Below, in pieces: positions 13,102-26,748 of a stretch of 64,000 nucleotides of DNA. The notes beneath the pieces were generated by a model. That model worked only from the letters and a program-made list of their open reading frames with translations. It did no database searches and was not told the origin of the DNA. Source of the stretch: Octopus vulgaris (taxonomy: Eukaryota); NCBI GenBank assembly GCA_951406725.2, contig OX597819.1, positions 127,844,001-127,908,000 on the forward strand, read 5' to 3'. Every line of letters starts with the position of its first letter. Position 1 is the first letter of the stretch. The position numbers and the translations under genes are program-made.

Positions 13102-13585
13102 TTGTATGTATGTATACACATACACTCACACACATAAAAGAACGAATGTTTGAACAGAAAGACACAAGCAAATCTATGCGTGTGCAATCTATGTGTAGGA
13201 AAATGTATACACCCACACATGTGCGCGCACGCACACACACAAACATATGTATAGCCATGGGTGTGTGTTTACGTATGTGGGTGTATGCAAATAAATAATT
13301 CATAGATATTTATATTTGCATAACTGCATGCACGCGCGTGTCAGTATAGATATGTGTGAACACTTGTTATGCATTTATGCATGTTAGTTCTTTTATGAGA
13401 ATTTATATATGCATCAATTGAAATGCATGTAAATGCATGGAAATTTATTGCTGTGATTTAGAAATGTATATATTCCTATTCTTATCAGTTGATGTATAAT
13501 TTGATAAAGTAAATTGATTGATATGCAAACTCACATACACCTACCTGAACATGTACACACTTATAGGTTAGCTGTTTATTGACAC

Positions 13586-13617
<32 letters not shown>

Positions 13618-13743
13618 GCCGATTAAACATATATGCAGATAGAATCATGTACTTATGTTTTGCTATACATGTGTTTTTTTGTATTTTGCAAACCGGCGAA
13701 TAAGTAAGAATGCACAAGTTAAGTTATACTTCACTCGCGGAAT

Positions 13744-13787
<44 letters not shown>

Positions 13788-13813
13788 GGGCACACAAAGA
13801 CATACTTACACAC

Positions 13814-13844
<31 letters not shown>

Positions 13845-13920
13845 AACACGCACACTCGGGCACACAAAGACATACATACACACATACTCGAGCACACAAA
13901 GACATACATATACACACATA

Positions 13921-13967
<47 letters not shown>

Positions 13968-14753
13968 GCATACACGGATACATAGCTTTTGCCATGCGAT
14001 GTGGTGTGTGCTTCTATAAGTATGTATATGTCTGAGTGCGTGTGTATCTGTGTTTTGTCGAGAACTTTAATAATATTCTGTGAATGTTTTTTTGAGTTAC
14101 CAGATCTGAATTCATTTTTATTGTAGTATAAAACTGCGTTAGAACTGTCCGAAGTGTTAATGATTTACATATTTACCACTTTATTCATTAGCCTAAAGCT
14201 TAGCTTACTTGCGGAGACCTATTTTCAAAGGCACTACAACAGTAACGACATAGATACTGTATTACTATATTGAAAGTACCCTTCATGTTTCAAGATAATA
14301 CAGCATGGTTTAGAAGCGATTTGGTTGCTATTACTAGCTTATCGAGCGAACGAGCAACAGTTCCATAGTGATTTTTTTCTCATTCCGATTCAAGTATAAG
14401 TATTAAAACGAAACAAACGGTAGATGCTGCTATGAAGGCATTCGACCAGCTGTATATAGCAGAAAAAACTATCTTTGATCGAAAACCTAAAGCTTTAAAA
14501 AAAGAGAGCGTCGTGTCCTATATTTGCAATTCTAATTTCTAAATAAATTTATATCTTTTATATTTCACCTTAAACTTATTTCAGTCATTGGACAACTCCT
14601 TGAATAGTCTTGGTCGAAGAAACCGAATATACCCAACAGTTATTCGTCATAAGACGGTTAACTTTGAAAGTATATGAGTAATATCAAGAAATAAGGCATA
14701 GGTATTATAATTATAACATATAGCTCATCAAATTTCTAGTCGGTTATACAAAA

Positions 14754-15130
14754 CTAGCACTAAGACCCGGCAACACCGGGTCATAGTGCTAGTGCATGCA
14801 TATACAGCTGCGTGCGTGCGTGCGCACATACCCGCGAGTACTGTCCAAATCTCCGACCAATCACATACAGCTAGCTGGCATTCAATTGGCGTATCAAGTT
14901 TCGGGCATTTTGATTGGGTCTTGGATAGAAAATTCACAAAATGTCACTTCTATTGATTTTTTAGTGGCTTTACAGGGTGACTGGGGAAATGTAAAGATGT
15001 GCACGATCACCCTTGGCCGGTTTTGAATGATCATAGAAAGTGCGAGCCCTCTAACTGAAAAATTGTGGATTTGTATAAAGGATACACACACACACACACA
15101 CAGACAGTTTGCCGTTTATATATAGAGAGA
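14754..15130 (-). mobile_element. Non-autonomous Helitron (family H2)
   Basis: Minus strand: 5' A|TC...tatataaacggc, 3' hairpin gacccgg tgttg ccgggtc, then CTAG|T. Confidence 0.7.
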
Positions 15131-15533
15131 TGAGGAAATGAGTATTAATTTTCCTACAAAAAAGATTTATTACTTTATCATTTACTTTCTTCTCCTCCTC
15201 TGTCTCAAAGTTCTTTCTCACTACTTGATTATGTAAAATTCCTTTACTCATTACCTGCCACTAAGTGCACTCATCCTTCATCTCTTATGTTAACTCTGTA
15301 TCTTTCTGTGTCTCTCTGTATCTTTCTGTGTCTCTCTGTATCACATACCCGCAATCGAGTGCAAGCACAAACACATGCGTCCCAATTCTTATATTCGCCA
15401 GTTTATCATTCTCGGGAGGACTGAGACAACGTTTACCTTGGTTCATGGCTGTAGAGGCATGTAAAATAATTAACAAAAGCATAGTAGAAGTATCCAGGGC
15501 ATGCTTGTGCATAACGGCTAAGCTCAGCAACAA

Positions 15534-15578
15534 CTGAGGAGGTGATTTGTCACCGAAACATCGTGTAGACGCGGTGTC
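15534..15578 (+). ncRNA. Hammerhead core with intact stems II and III but no stem I
   Basis: CTGAGGA-ggtga tttg tcacc-GAA-acatcgtg taga cgcggtgt-C; the flanks do not pair. Confidence 0.55.
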
Positions 15579-16220
15579 TCCAAAATTTATTAATGCGATA
15601 TGGTCCGAGTGTTTAACTTACATAGTTTAACATGTAAGCAAATATTGTTATTCAAATTATCATAATAATATAGAGTTCTTTCAAATATCAATAATTTTTC
15701 ATTCATTTGGTATGTACTTTTACTTAGATATGTGTGGATTTGTCTATTTATGTCTTTCTATATGTGTCTGTTTGCTTCGTATATGTGTGTGGGTATGCTC
15801 TTTATATGCGTATATATATATATGCGTGTGTGTGTGTGTGTGTGTATTTGCGTGCATGTATGTGTTTGTGCAAGTATGTATGAGTGTATAATGTGTGTTT
15901 GTGAAGTGTTATTTCCATCAATACTTTGGTTTTATCTCTCCAGCAAGCCCTGATTGTTCATTATCTATAAATTGAAAGTCATGCATAGTTAACCACTTTC
16001 TAACTTGTTTGAAACTAGGTCGAAGTACAACATCGTTGAGAACGAGTTTGTAAATGTTCTGATAAACGCTTCTCTGCCTATGTTTGTATTTCACCACACA
16101 AAGTTACACAGCAGCACACGTTCGTGTGTGTGTGTGTGCGCGCGAATTTTTGTATCCGTGTATATTAGACGTAGACTTAGCAGTGACTACTCAATCGCTC
16201 GAATGTATACACACACACGA

Positions 16221-16251
<31 letters not shown>

Positions 16252-16847
16252 TATCAGCCAAAGCATAAATAATGGTCATTATATATAACTGTGTTGTAGT
16301 AAATTTGACTTACAGTTGAATCGTTATTGATTGGTTTTCCTTAATCGGTCGATTGATCGGTTGAGAAAGATTGAACAACCCAAAGAATTAATGCTGCTTT
16401 CGTCAGAGCCATTTCTGGTTATAAGCAAGCAAAACAGAAGAAAGAATAACACAGGCCGGGGAAGGAGCACGAAGAGAGGCAATAAGTATAAGCTTAAGGT
16501 GAGTGGAAGAGAGATAAAGAAGAAAGGAATAGAACAGGGATGATTTGGAAAAGGAAGACTAAAGGAAAAATGAAAGGAAGGAAGAGGGGAAGGAATAAGA
16601 AGAATAGAGGAGTAGCGAAATGTACATATTATAACACTGTAACGTATTATGTAACCTGATGAGGTTTCCTCTGCACTGCGGGGCGCATTCGATTCCATTA
16701 TATCGTTTCCCACTCATTAAGGAGCAGAGCAGATGTAAGCCGAATCGGTTGTCGTGCTAAATGAAGCGCACAGCACACTCTGTCTTCCCTATGAATTATT
16801 CAAAATATGTCTGTATGTGTGAGTGTATACATACATACATACATACA

Positions 16848-16896
<49 letters not shown>

Positions 16897-17009
16897 CAGC
16901 CGAAATTGCGAGGATGATCCAGTTCTTGACTGAAGATTAAAGGCTTCGAATGACCCGTCCGTGTTTTTTGTATCGTCTATTTGGATGTTTTGCGTTTTTG
17001 TCCCATTTT

Positions 17010-17050
<41 letters not shown>

Positions 17051-17212
17051 TGTATATACATATATATATATATACACATATATATTATATAGAGGGCATT
17101 ATTACACATAAATGCCGCACGCTAGGAGGGACTCTTAAAGTCATAACTACCAAATATAAACAAATCGTACCGAATGCAATTCTCGAAGCGAGTCATTTAA
17201 AAACAGAATTTA

Positions 17213-17276
17213 GCTCCATATCACCTGTGATTTCGCAATTAACGCATTATCCGCGTCCCTTGCTCTTCAGTGAAGC
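17213..17276 (-). ncRNA. Complete type I hammerhead ribozyme
   Basis: Minus strand: GCTTCA-CTGAAGA-GCAA(gggacgcggataatgcgttaa)TTGC-GAA-ATCAC ag GTGAT-A|TGGAGC; 6-bp stem I with one G-U pair. Confidence 0.8.
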
Positions 17277-17435
17277 GAATCCAAGATATATCATGAATAA
17301 ACAAAAACATCATACCAGATCGACAACCATTGCCTCCATCGTAGCATATGGAAATGTTTACCCCTCATACACCTATGTAACTGGCGGGCTCTTTCGAATT
17401 GCATTTCGGTAACAACGTGCTTCTTCGGAACAAAT

Positions 17436-17646
17436 TTTAAAAATAGGATAAAATCTTTATAAGAAATCTTAACAAGAAATTATCAAATAGTTAGCATGAA
17501 AAACCTCATAAGAGAAAAAAACTGTTTAAATAAATATTTTCAAAGAAAAAAATTTACCGTTTTTTTCTCTTATGAGGTTTTTCACGCTAACTACTTGATA
17601 ATTTCTTGTTAAGATTTCTTATTAAGATTTTATCCTATTTTTTAAA
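17436..17646. repeat. Palindrome with ~88-bp arms and ~35-bp spacer
   Basis: tttaaaaataggataaaatc...cctcataagagaaaaaa pairs with ttttttctcttatgagg...gattttatcctattttttaaa. Confidence 0.9.
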
Positions 17647-17859
17647 TATATACACATATATGTATATGCACACACGCGCGCGCGCACAAACACATGTATA
17701 TATATTCCGTACGGTTACTGTCAGGATAATATATCCATCCATACACTAGATTTTGTGTACTTGGGTGATAGAGGAAGAAGCCGTACAATACGGCTTTGCA
17801 GGATCCCCAAATTCTGCTAGATAGATGATGTTCCCTTTAAATCATTCATTGCAAGCTAC

Positions 17860-17985
17860 TAAATCCACTCACAAGTATTTGGTCGGCTCGTGGCTTTAGT
17901 AGAGTAGAATTGGCGAAATTGGCCACGCAATTGAAACCATGTGGTTGAGAGGCAAACTTCTTACCACACAACCACGCCTGCACCC
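17860..17985 (-). mobile_element. SINE family B, 5' half, degenerate
   Basis: aaatccactcacaag...gaaaccatgtggttgagaggcaaacttcttaccacac. Confidence 0.65.
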
Positions 17986-18143
17986 ATCGATATCGTCCTG
18001 ATAACATTTATCGATATCTCGGGATCGATCACATTCAAGCAACGAATTCAGATTAGATGCAGCGGACACTAAATTCTGATCAGGTCGAAGTTCGTGCGAA
18101 GAAAATGTAGACAATATAACAAATAATGTAGACTATAACAAAT

Positions 18144-18356
18144 AAAGGCGTCGAGCTGGCAGAACCGTTAGCACGCCAGGCGAAATGCTTAGAGGTATTT
18201 CGTCTGCTGTTACGTTGCGAGTTCAAGTTCCGTCGAGGTCGACTTTGCCTTTCATCCTTTCGGGGTCGATAAATTAAGTACCAGTTACGCACCGGGGTCA
18301 ATGTCTGTCCTTGTTTGTCCCCTCTGTGTTTAGCCCCTTATGGGTAATAAAGAAAT
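18144..18356 (+). mobile_element. SINE family A
   Basis: aaaggcgtcgagctggcagaa...taaagaaata. Confidence 0.85.
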
Positions 18357-18997
18357 AAATATGACAAATAATGAATATTTTAAAAGAAATTAACTCCCTA
18401 TGAGCCTTTTCTAGTATGTATATGTTGCGTGTGACAATCGGAGGCCTTTAATTTTACGGTTACCAAATGTATTTTTGAAATATCAGCTACAATAAATGTA
18501 AAATTCTATCTCAGATATCGAATAGTCTTTCTCCTCTTAGCTTACAACCGCATTTTATTTTTTCATATGAACACACGCACACACAGTTCAACGCACAAAT
18601 TAACACATCTACATACGCTTGTGTATGTTTTGAACTTATGAATTCGTGTGACAATATGTTACGACCACTCTCTACAAAAATGTTTAATGTTTAACGACTC
18701 ACGGCATAACAATGCTCATTTTCATCTACAACATATATACATGTGTGTGTGTGCGTGTGTGTGTATGTGTGTGTGTATGTATGTATATATACACATATAT
18801 ACATATATAGGTGGTGCTATTAAGTTAGACATGGCCTGGGCCAATACTGGCCAAAACCTTTCCAAGTTATTCTAAGTTATATATATATACACACATATAT
18901 GTATATATGCGTGTGTGTATATGTATACATATATGTATACATATATGTATACATATATGTATACATATATGTATATATATATATACACATATATGTA

Positions 18998-19039
<42 letters not shown>

Positions 19040-19376
19040 CACATATATATATACATATATAAATCTGTGTGTGTACATACATACAAGCAGGAAAAATGTG
19101 TCCTTTTTCTCTGTTGCTCTTTATATGGAAGTGTCGTAGTTATTTTTTTTGTGTTGTTAAGACATAGATTGGTGGCGAATGCGGCTACCTTCCAATGAAT
19201 GAGTCGATTAACTGCTTCATTGTAATCTGGCTTTCTCTATTATTGCATTTTGCTAGGTTTCCTAGACTGAGCGGCGTCAGATTTAATACGCTGATAATAA
19301 ACTACATTTCACACGTAAAACAAGTTGAAGAAAAGTTATATGAAGAGTAACACTAAATAGCAGGAAAAAGCAACAG

Positions 19377-19380
19377 TAGC

Positions 19381-19458
<78 letters not shown>

Positions 19459-19697
19459 GGTGGTGGTGGTGGTGGTATTAAGAGGAGGAAGTAGTGGGGA
19501 GAAGGAGTAATTTTTGTTGATGATTTTGTTCTTCGTGTTGCTCTTGTTGTTTAGCTAAAGGTCAGGACTTATCGAGTGTGTCAGTGTGTCCTTGCCGTAT
19601 CGCCGTGCTTCTCTACTTGTGCGATATTTTACTCCCGAAGACAGTAGCTTCAGAAGTAATGGAGATTATCTAACCATTTTTGCTCGCTAATGCTAGC

Positions 19698-19759
<62 letters not shown>

Positions 19760-19763
19760 CAGC

Positions 19764-19815
<52 letters not shown>
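19377..19815. repeat. Two (AGT)n tracts (19377-19448 followed by (GGT)n; 19697-19815)
   Basis: Seen directly. Confidence 0.95.
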
Positions 19816-19816
<1 letters not shown>

Positions 19817-20980
19817 ATGATTTTATGTCGTTCGGGGTTTGATCACGCTTATAACTGGTTAAAGTCCTTTATTTTCGGCCGAAAAGAGGTTGTCACAGTT
19901 CTAGGACAGCACTCTTCGCCCTATGAGATGACATCTGGTGTGCCGCAGGGATCTGTTCTTGGCCCCCTTTTATTTGTTGCATATGTTAATGACATAGATG
20001 CCAACTTAAAGAATGCCACAGTGCTGAAATATGCAGATGACATCAAGCTGTACCTCGAAATAAAGAGGTCAAATCCTATACACTATGGATCTCTATTGCA
20101 AGCAGACCTGGACACAATGCAGCTGTGGATCATGGACTGGCAACTCAAGCTGGCTGTGGACAAATGTACCACCATGCATTTTGGGAGGAGAAACCCAGCG
20201 TCCACCTACTCCCTCCACAACACTAGTCTCAAAAAATCTTCAAGTGAACGTGACCTGGGTGTTATTGTCGACAGTGATTTGCGTTGGACAAAACACATCG
20301 CCAAAATTGTCAAGAAGGCTGAGGGTGTCTTGGCATCACTCACCAAATCCTTTGTGAGCCGCTCTCCGGCTATCTATCTGCGGTTTTATATAGCTATGGT
20401 AAGACCTCACCTGGAATTTGCATCACCGGTCTGGAACCCCTATCTTGCCCAGGACATCAATCGTCTGGAAGCTGTTCAGCGACGTGCAACCAAAAGAATA
20501 CCCTCCATCAGGCATTTGCCATATCCTGAACGCCTTACTTCCCTGGGCATGGACACATTGAAACTCCGACGTCTGGCAGCTGACCTGGCAGACACCCATA
20601 AAATTATCAACCATCGCACAAACAATAACACTGAGCACCTCTTCAAACTCCACCCATCTAACACCCGTGGACATATTTACAAAGTAAGAAAACAGCACAG
20701 CTCCCATGACTTCAGGAAACATTTTTTCACACGCTGAGAGTTGCTGAAGCGTGGAACAAACTGCCGGCATCGGTTGTTAGTTGTCGGAGTACTGCATCCT
20801 TCAAGACTTCCATGCTTCCTAAGATTCGCCAACACTACACTTGATTTTCTCCCCTACATACACACACAAGCATGTTCACTTTCCAAACATTTCTACATTA
20901 CTGCATGTACTTTATATGCACTTTCTGACAAGTTGTGGTGCACCTGAGCACTGTATACAATAATTTCATTATTATATTAT
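19817..20980 (+). mobile_element. 5'-truncated CR1-group LINE; 306-aa open RT fragment (19817-20737) plus 3' UTR
   Basis: SGVPQGSVLGPLLF, YADDIKLY, ERDLGVIVD, VRPHLEFASPVWNP, LEAVQRRATK, RKHFF; tail cattattatattat. Confidence 0.92.
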
Positions 20981-21779
20981 ATCAGAGATCTGGAGGAGTG
21001 CCTCCTGTAATCGCGTCGAGGTGACCAATACGCATTAAGTATGATGTGCATGCCTAAGAATCTGTGCAATGTGTGTCTGTGTGTGTGTTTTAGGCATAAA
21101 TATTTAAATATATACTTATTAATATATGTAAACGCCATTCAGAATAAAACTTCATCACTAATGCTGCTATTAAATTAAATCGCACTGACTTTAAGCAAAT
21201 GAATATAATTATTTTGGTTCGTTTGTGCTAGTAATATATATCCATATATAAAAAGTTTTATCACCACTAATTGCAACTGAGGGTGCTGAAGCAACTACAT
21301 TGCAAGAAATAAGAGTTACGGACTCTTAATATTGTAAGAAGCGCGCAATATATATACAATAACAAGGGAGATAACCGACCCATGAGCTTCTGTAGGATCA
21401 CTAGGCTAGACTCATTTCGCATATCCGTCAGTAGGTATTACTCATGTGCCTAACTGTTTGTATTAATTTTTAAAATGCGCACTAGCATTTTGCTAATCAG
21501 CTATGAGTTTTTGTGGTAAAAATATACACACTGATAGCCGGATTTAGCCAAAACAGCGAGCGTCAGAACGTGTGTGTGTGTGTCTGTTTTTGCGTATTTC
21601 GTGTTTTTCTTAGAAGCAATGACAGTACCAGAGTTTTCAACTCGAGCCAGCTACAATATACCAATCAAAATACTTGTTAGAGAATCCGGGTAGGCTAGTT
21701 TGTGTTTGTGTGTGTGTATGCATATATATAAATATATATATATACATATATATATATGTATATATATATGTACATATAT

Positions 21780-21855
<76 letters not shown>

Positions 21856-21952
21856 AAGTGGAGTTGTAAGGTACCGCACGAGTGGAACTATATATGAAAG
21901 ATGGTTTGAAAATGCAATTTAAAAAGTGTTTATTTACTTTACCGGTTTCACG

Positions 21953-22581
21953 TTTTAGAAAATGATTGTCAAAAGTAACATGTAAAAGTTTGGTTGTATT
22001 AATTATTGGTTGTCACAAGATACTACAATACATATATACATTCTTTGGTAACAAGAACATGTTTAATATGGTGGACCAGTTTAAGCCACCCTACTACTGT
22101 AATGTAAACTTTTTTGAACTTATAATATTCTGTGTGTGTATGTATATACAGATACAATACCAATATTCCACTGAACTTTTTAATAATTCCTTCTGGAAAC
22201 TATCTTTAACATTTTCTTGAGAATGTATATATATGTTGTAATCTTTTGTGTCCAATATTTTAATGAATTTGTTAGACTTTTTTATATTTTCCCAAGATTT
22301 TCCCTTGTACGCTGTTCTTAACATGTTCTTATTATTAAGGAATGTATATGTATATTGTAATATTTTGTGACAACTAGTACCTGGCACAACCAAGCCTTTG
22401 TGCCCAATATTTTGATGAACTTGTTAAACTTTTTTATATTTTCCCAAGATTTTCCCTTATAAAGTGTCCTTAACATGTTCTTGTTACCAAAGAACGTATA
22501 TATGTATTGTAGTATTTTGTGACAACCAATGATTAACACAACCAAACTTTTACATGTTACTTTTGACAATCTTTTTCTAAA
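21953..22581. repeat. Composite inverted plus tandem repeat
   Basis: 21953-22063 is inverted at ~22472-22581; ~22243-22376 is directly duplicated at ~22396-22525. Confidence 0.85.
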
Positions 22582-24271
22582 ATCAACACGTAAATAATAC
22601 ACACGTCCTAATCCAAATCTTATCATGGGGATATTGATTTAAGAGTCAAAAACTTGACCGTGACGAACAAATCAACACGTGACAGGTGGTATATGGAGTT
22701 AAATGTCCGAAACGTTGCGGGAAAATGTTCAGTTGAATTCAATTAATATAAAAGAAATAACAACGTCAAATACTATTTTTTAAAAATAAGACTGTGAAGA
22801 TCTGGAAACGTCGAATATGAATTTACGAAATTTATTGTTTCCAGTATAGGAGAAAAAAACAAAATCTAAAATGAGAAGCATAAAATTTTAAATAGTCATG
22901 TATTGAATGAAACACACACACACACAAACACACACATACACACACATTCACATCCATATATGCAAAGAATAAAAAAAAATGTGTCTCTTCGTGTAGGAGA
23001 GATGAGGTGGCGTTGAAGTTTGAGAGTTGCATATTTGTTCCGTCTTCATGCTCTCTGCGTCTAAATCCCGACTAAGGTTAACTTTATCTCTTATCATTCG
23101 TGGAGCAATAAAAAGAAAACGACAGATAAAGCACTGGGGTCGATTTTCAATCTCTCCTCCAACTGGTTTCGTTGCAGCATAAAATGCGTCGTGGGAGATC
23201 ACTCATAACGTCTGTTTCTCTAGAAGCGGAGGAGTTGAGCGAGGCACTTACGATCTTTTCTAATAGGAAAAGTGATATTCTATAAGGACAGACCGATAAA
23301 CAATATGTCAGTTTAAAGAAGAAGCACACACACACACACAAACACACAAGCGCGTGTTTATTATTCATAAGTACTATATCTATGTCTATGAATATGTATG
23401 CATATACATACATATATACATACATATAAGTGTATGTGTGTGTATTACATATATATATATATATATATATACATATATAATATACATAATGTGCATAAAC
23501 ACTGATACATGTATTTATAAATACATACATATGTATATGTATACGTATTAAACAGACATCCATTTCATACATTCACACATGCATACACACACATATATAT
23601 ATATATATAAATACACACGCACAAACGCACACGCAAACACACGCACGGGCAGACACGCACTCACTGACATGCACATATACACATATACCAAAACTGTATC
23701 TGAAAATTTTTGTTATCTGTGCAAATTTCTGGTGACATCACTTGCAGTTTATAAATGTGTATGTACTCAAAACCTCGACCTTATATATTTAGATGCATAG
23801 ATTTAGTCGAAGTCAGTCACATGGAAGGATACATTAGCGAAGACAATCACTGATATACAAAATGCCGGATGGTCACGGCTGGAAGGCTTTTTATCATAGG
23901 TGTATTCAATCAGAGTTGACCTGGGATTAAGCAATAATTATATATGTTTACAACAAACTCATCGCCATTTGCAAGGGAGAACAAAAACAAAAGTGTGTCA
24001 TGAACTACTTATTTACGAGGAAAGTTATCGTACAGTCCAGTATTTCATTGTAAAAAAAAGTGTGTACATACGCATAGCACAGAGAGAAAAAGAGGGAACG
24101 AAAACGAGAGTGAGATGCAAACAAACACACTGCTATAGATAAAAAAAAGTTCACTGAGACAAAACAAAAATATACGGTGAGTGATTTGTGTGGTGGGTGG
24201 CGGTGTATTGACTATATTACATATGTTATAAAATACTTTGATAAATACATATATATATGTATATATATATA

Positions 24272-24867
24272 CAGTAATCCCTGCCCATATCGCGGTTCAC
24301 CTGTCGCGGATTATTATTTAAGCTTACGTCGATTCCTCCGTGGTATTGTTTTGCATTTATAATAAAATAAATGTATACAAATTATAAAAATAACAATAGC
24401 ACTCAGAGAGCGCAAACCTTCACCATGGCAACACCAACATCCTCTCAACGATTAGCCTGAAAGATTTTTTAAATGTGAATATCTGAAATACACTCGACTG
24501 CTCTCACAAACAAGAATACTAAAAATGAACCCGACCGCTCTCAAAACTTAAGTACAAAAAAAAAAGGAAAAATAGTCTAGAATCCTTGTCCTTCACTGGA
24601 TACATCCCAAAATCTAAGCAGTTCGTACCAGTCATGAGTACAAACATCCCTGAAAGTTTCATCCGAATCCATTTAGCGATTCTTGAGATATCTTGTCCAA
24701 GGACAAACGAATATACAAACAAACGCGACGGAAAACCATACCTCTGCCTTCGCTAAGGCAGAGGTAATAAAAAGAATATACAATACAGTACTGTTTCTAC
24801 TTCGCGGATTTTCACCTATCACGTAGGGTTTGTGTACGTAACACCCTCGATAGTAGAGGGATTACTA
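24272..24867. mobile_element. Tigger/pogo-like MITE interrupted by a HINE-like element
   Basis: TA|cagtaatccct...tatcgcgg at the left end and cctcgatagtagagggattacta|TA at the right end. Confidence 0.7.
24392..24768. mobile_element. Helentron-associated non-autonomous element (HINE/DINE-1-like)
   Basis: One end aacaatagcactcagagagcgcaaacc, other end hairpin acctctgcctt cgct aaggcagaggt-aataa; A-rich insertion site with no evident TSD. Confidence 0.65.
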
Positions 24868-25002
24868 TATATGTATATATTAATGAAAGGAATTCCAACC
24901 TTGTCTGATTTTCACGTTTTATTTACAATCTTATAATGATATAATATAACATAAAATAATAGAATAAAATAAAATAGTAGAATGTTAAATGTTCATTCTG
25001 AT

Positions 25003-25047
25003 TGAACTAGTACTTTCATGCATTAAATTCTGCAATCTTCAGGTTCA
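25003..25047 (-). ncRNA. Complete minimal type I hammerhead ribozyme (PLE type)
   Basis: Minus strand: TGAAC-CTGAAGA-TTGCA gaatttaa TGCAT-GAA-AGTACT-A|GTTCA; palindromic stem III. Confidence 0.82.
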
Positions 25048-25227
25048 TGTAGTAGTGGTGACAGTCATGCTTTACAATTTTTGACTGTAGCGAGATGGTT
25101 AAATCTGTGCCTTAAATACACCTGTGTGGGCTCCAGATTGCTAGGTTTTGCAAACTGTATTCTGACCAATCAGTGTGTCATATGATATATGAATTATAAA
25201 AACATGTGACATACTAATAAAAATCTG

Positions 25228-25304
25228 TAAATATAAAACCATCCAGATTTCTGACTACCTCATTTCTTCTAATATATAATACCAGTATATCATCTCCAAA
25301 CCTA
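25228..25304 (+). repeat. Short repeat, also present inverted and palindromic at 36853-36980
   Basis: aatataaaaccatccagatttctgactacctcatttcttctaatatataatacc...tctccaaacct. Confidence 0.8.
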
Positions 25305-26507
25305 ATATATATATATTACGGAGATGTACTCGCATAGCAAGTAATTTGATCTGAGATCGTGTGCTGAAACGAAAACAATTGCAGCGTGGAAGGTGTGTTT
25401 CTTAAATGGCTTATAAACACCTTCCACGCTGCAATTGTTATATATATATATATATATATATATACATACATACACACATAGACAGTCACACACACATATA
25501 CCCGAACTCACACGTTCTCACATACATATGTATATTACTGAATATATGTCTATGATGGTAAACTCCACGGTTTTGTCGATCAATTCATCTCTCCAGGACT
25601 TACTTTTGTGTGCTCCGTTTATTAGTTTGTATTTATTTGTGAAATCGCTAAATTTCACTTTTTCACGTAACACCTCTAAACAGTTTTTGAAACAACATTT
25701 GTTTTATACAAACACAGAGACGGACATCTTGTATTTATCTCATTAATCTCTATTCACTGATCATATGCCTGTGTGCCCCATTGTATAAGCTTATGTGTGT
25801 GTATACATCTGAATAGATTACTAGTGGAAGTGTTTGTTTCGTCAGAGTATACGTTTCAGTGCGTTTTGTGGTGCACATGCGTATATATATTCTGTGAATG
25901 TATATTTGAGATTGTTTGTTTAATTGTGAGTTTCAAACGTGAAGGGTGCACATGGATAAATTCTGAGTACTTTTCAACAGAAAGGCGATTTTCCCCCGCC
26001 AAATTGAGACGCATAGGCCGGAAATATATTCAGAAGATGTTGACCTAGAGGTCAATTCTGGGTAGACTAATGATAAAAGTCTTCCAGTTGTGACCATCCA
26101 TTTCATTTTTTTTCTGTATATGAATGACAATATTCTCTAATATATTCCTCGACGTGACCAATTCCGATAACATCCTTGTAGACTTGTATGTTTGTGTATA
26201 CATATATAAACCGGAACCAATGTCATCGACAATTCAAAAATGCAGAAATACAGAGAGTTTGGTATAATATATTCGCTCTGTATGAAAAACTGTAACTTCC
26301 AAACGCTACCTTTAACATAGAGTGTTAGTCATGGATTAAATGTATACATACATATACATATGTATATACATATATGTATATGTGTATAATCACATGTATA
26401 CTTATATATACACATACATGCATGTGTGTGTGTGTGTGTATGTTCTTTTACTTTTATTCTTTTACTCGTTTCAGCCATGCGGCTGCGGTCATATGTGCAT
26501 ACATATT

Positions 26508-26555
<48 letters not shown>

Positions 26556-26558
26556 CAT

Positions 26559-26599
<41 letters not shown>

Positions 26600-26621
26600 T
26601 ATATATATACATATATATACA

Positions 26622-26748
<127 letters not shown>

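Noticed and set aside
16895-17012. ctgaaga...ttcgaatg as a possible hammerhead
   Set aside because: It lacks GAAA and a convincing stem II.
16981-17412. 143-aa ORF as a possible host exon
   Set aside because: It starts in repeat/microsatellite sequence and has no recognisable domain; the region is better explained by the minus-strand HHR unit.
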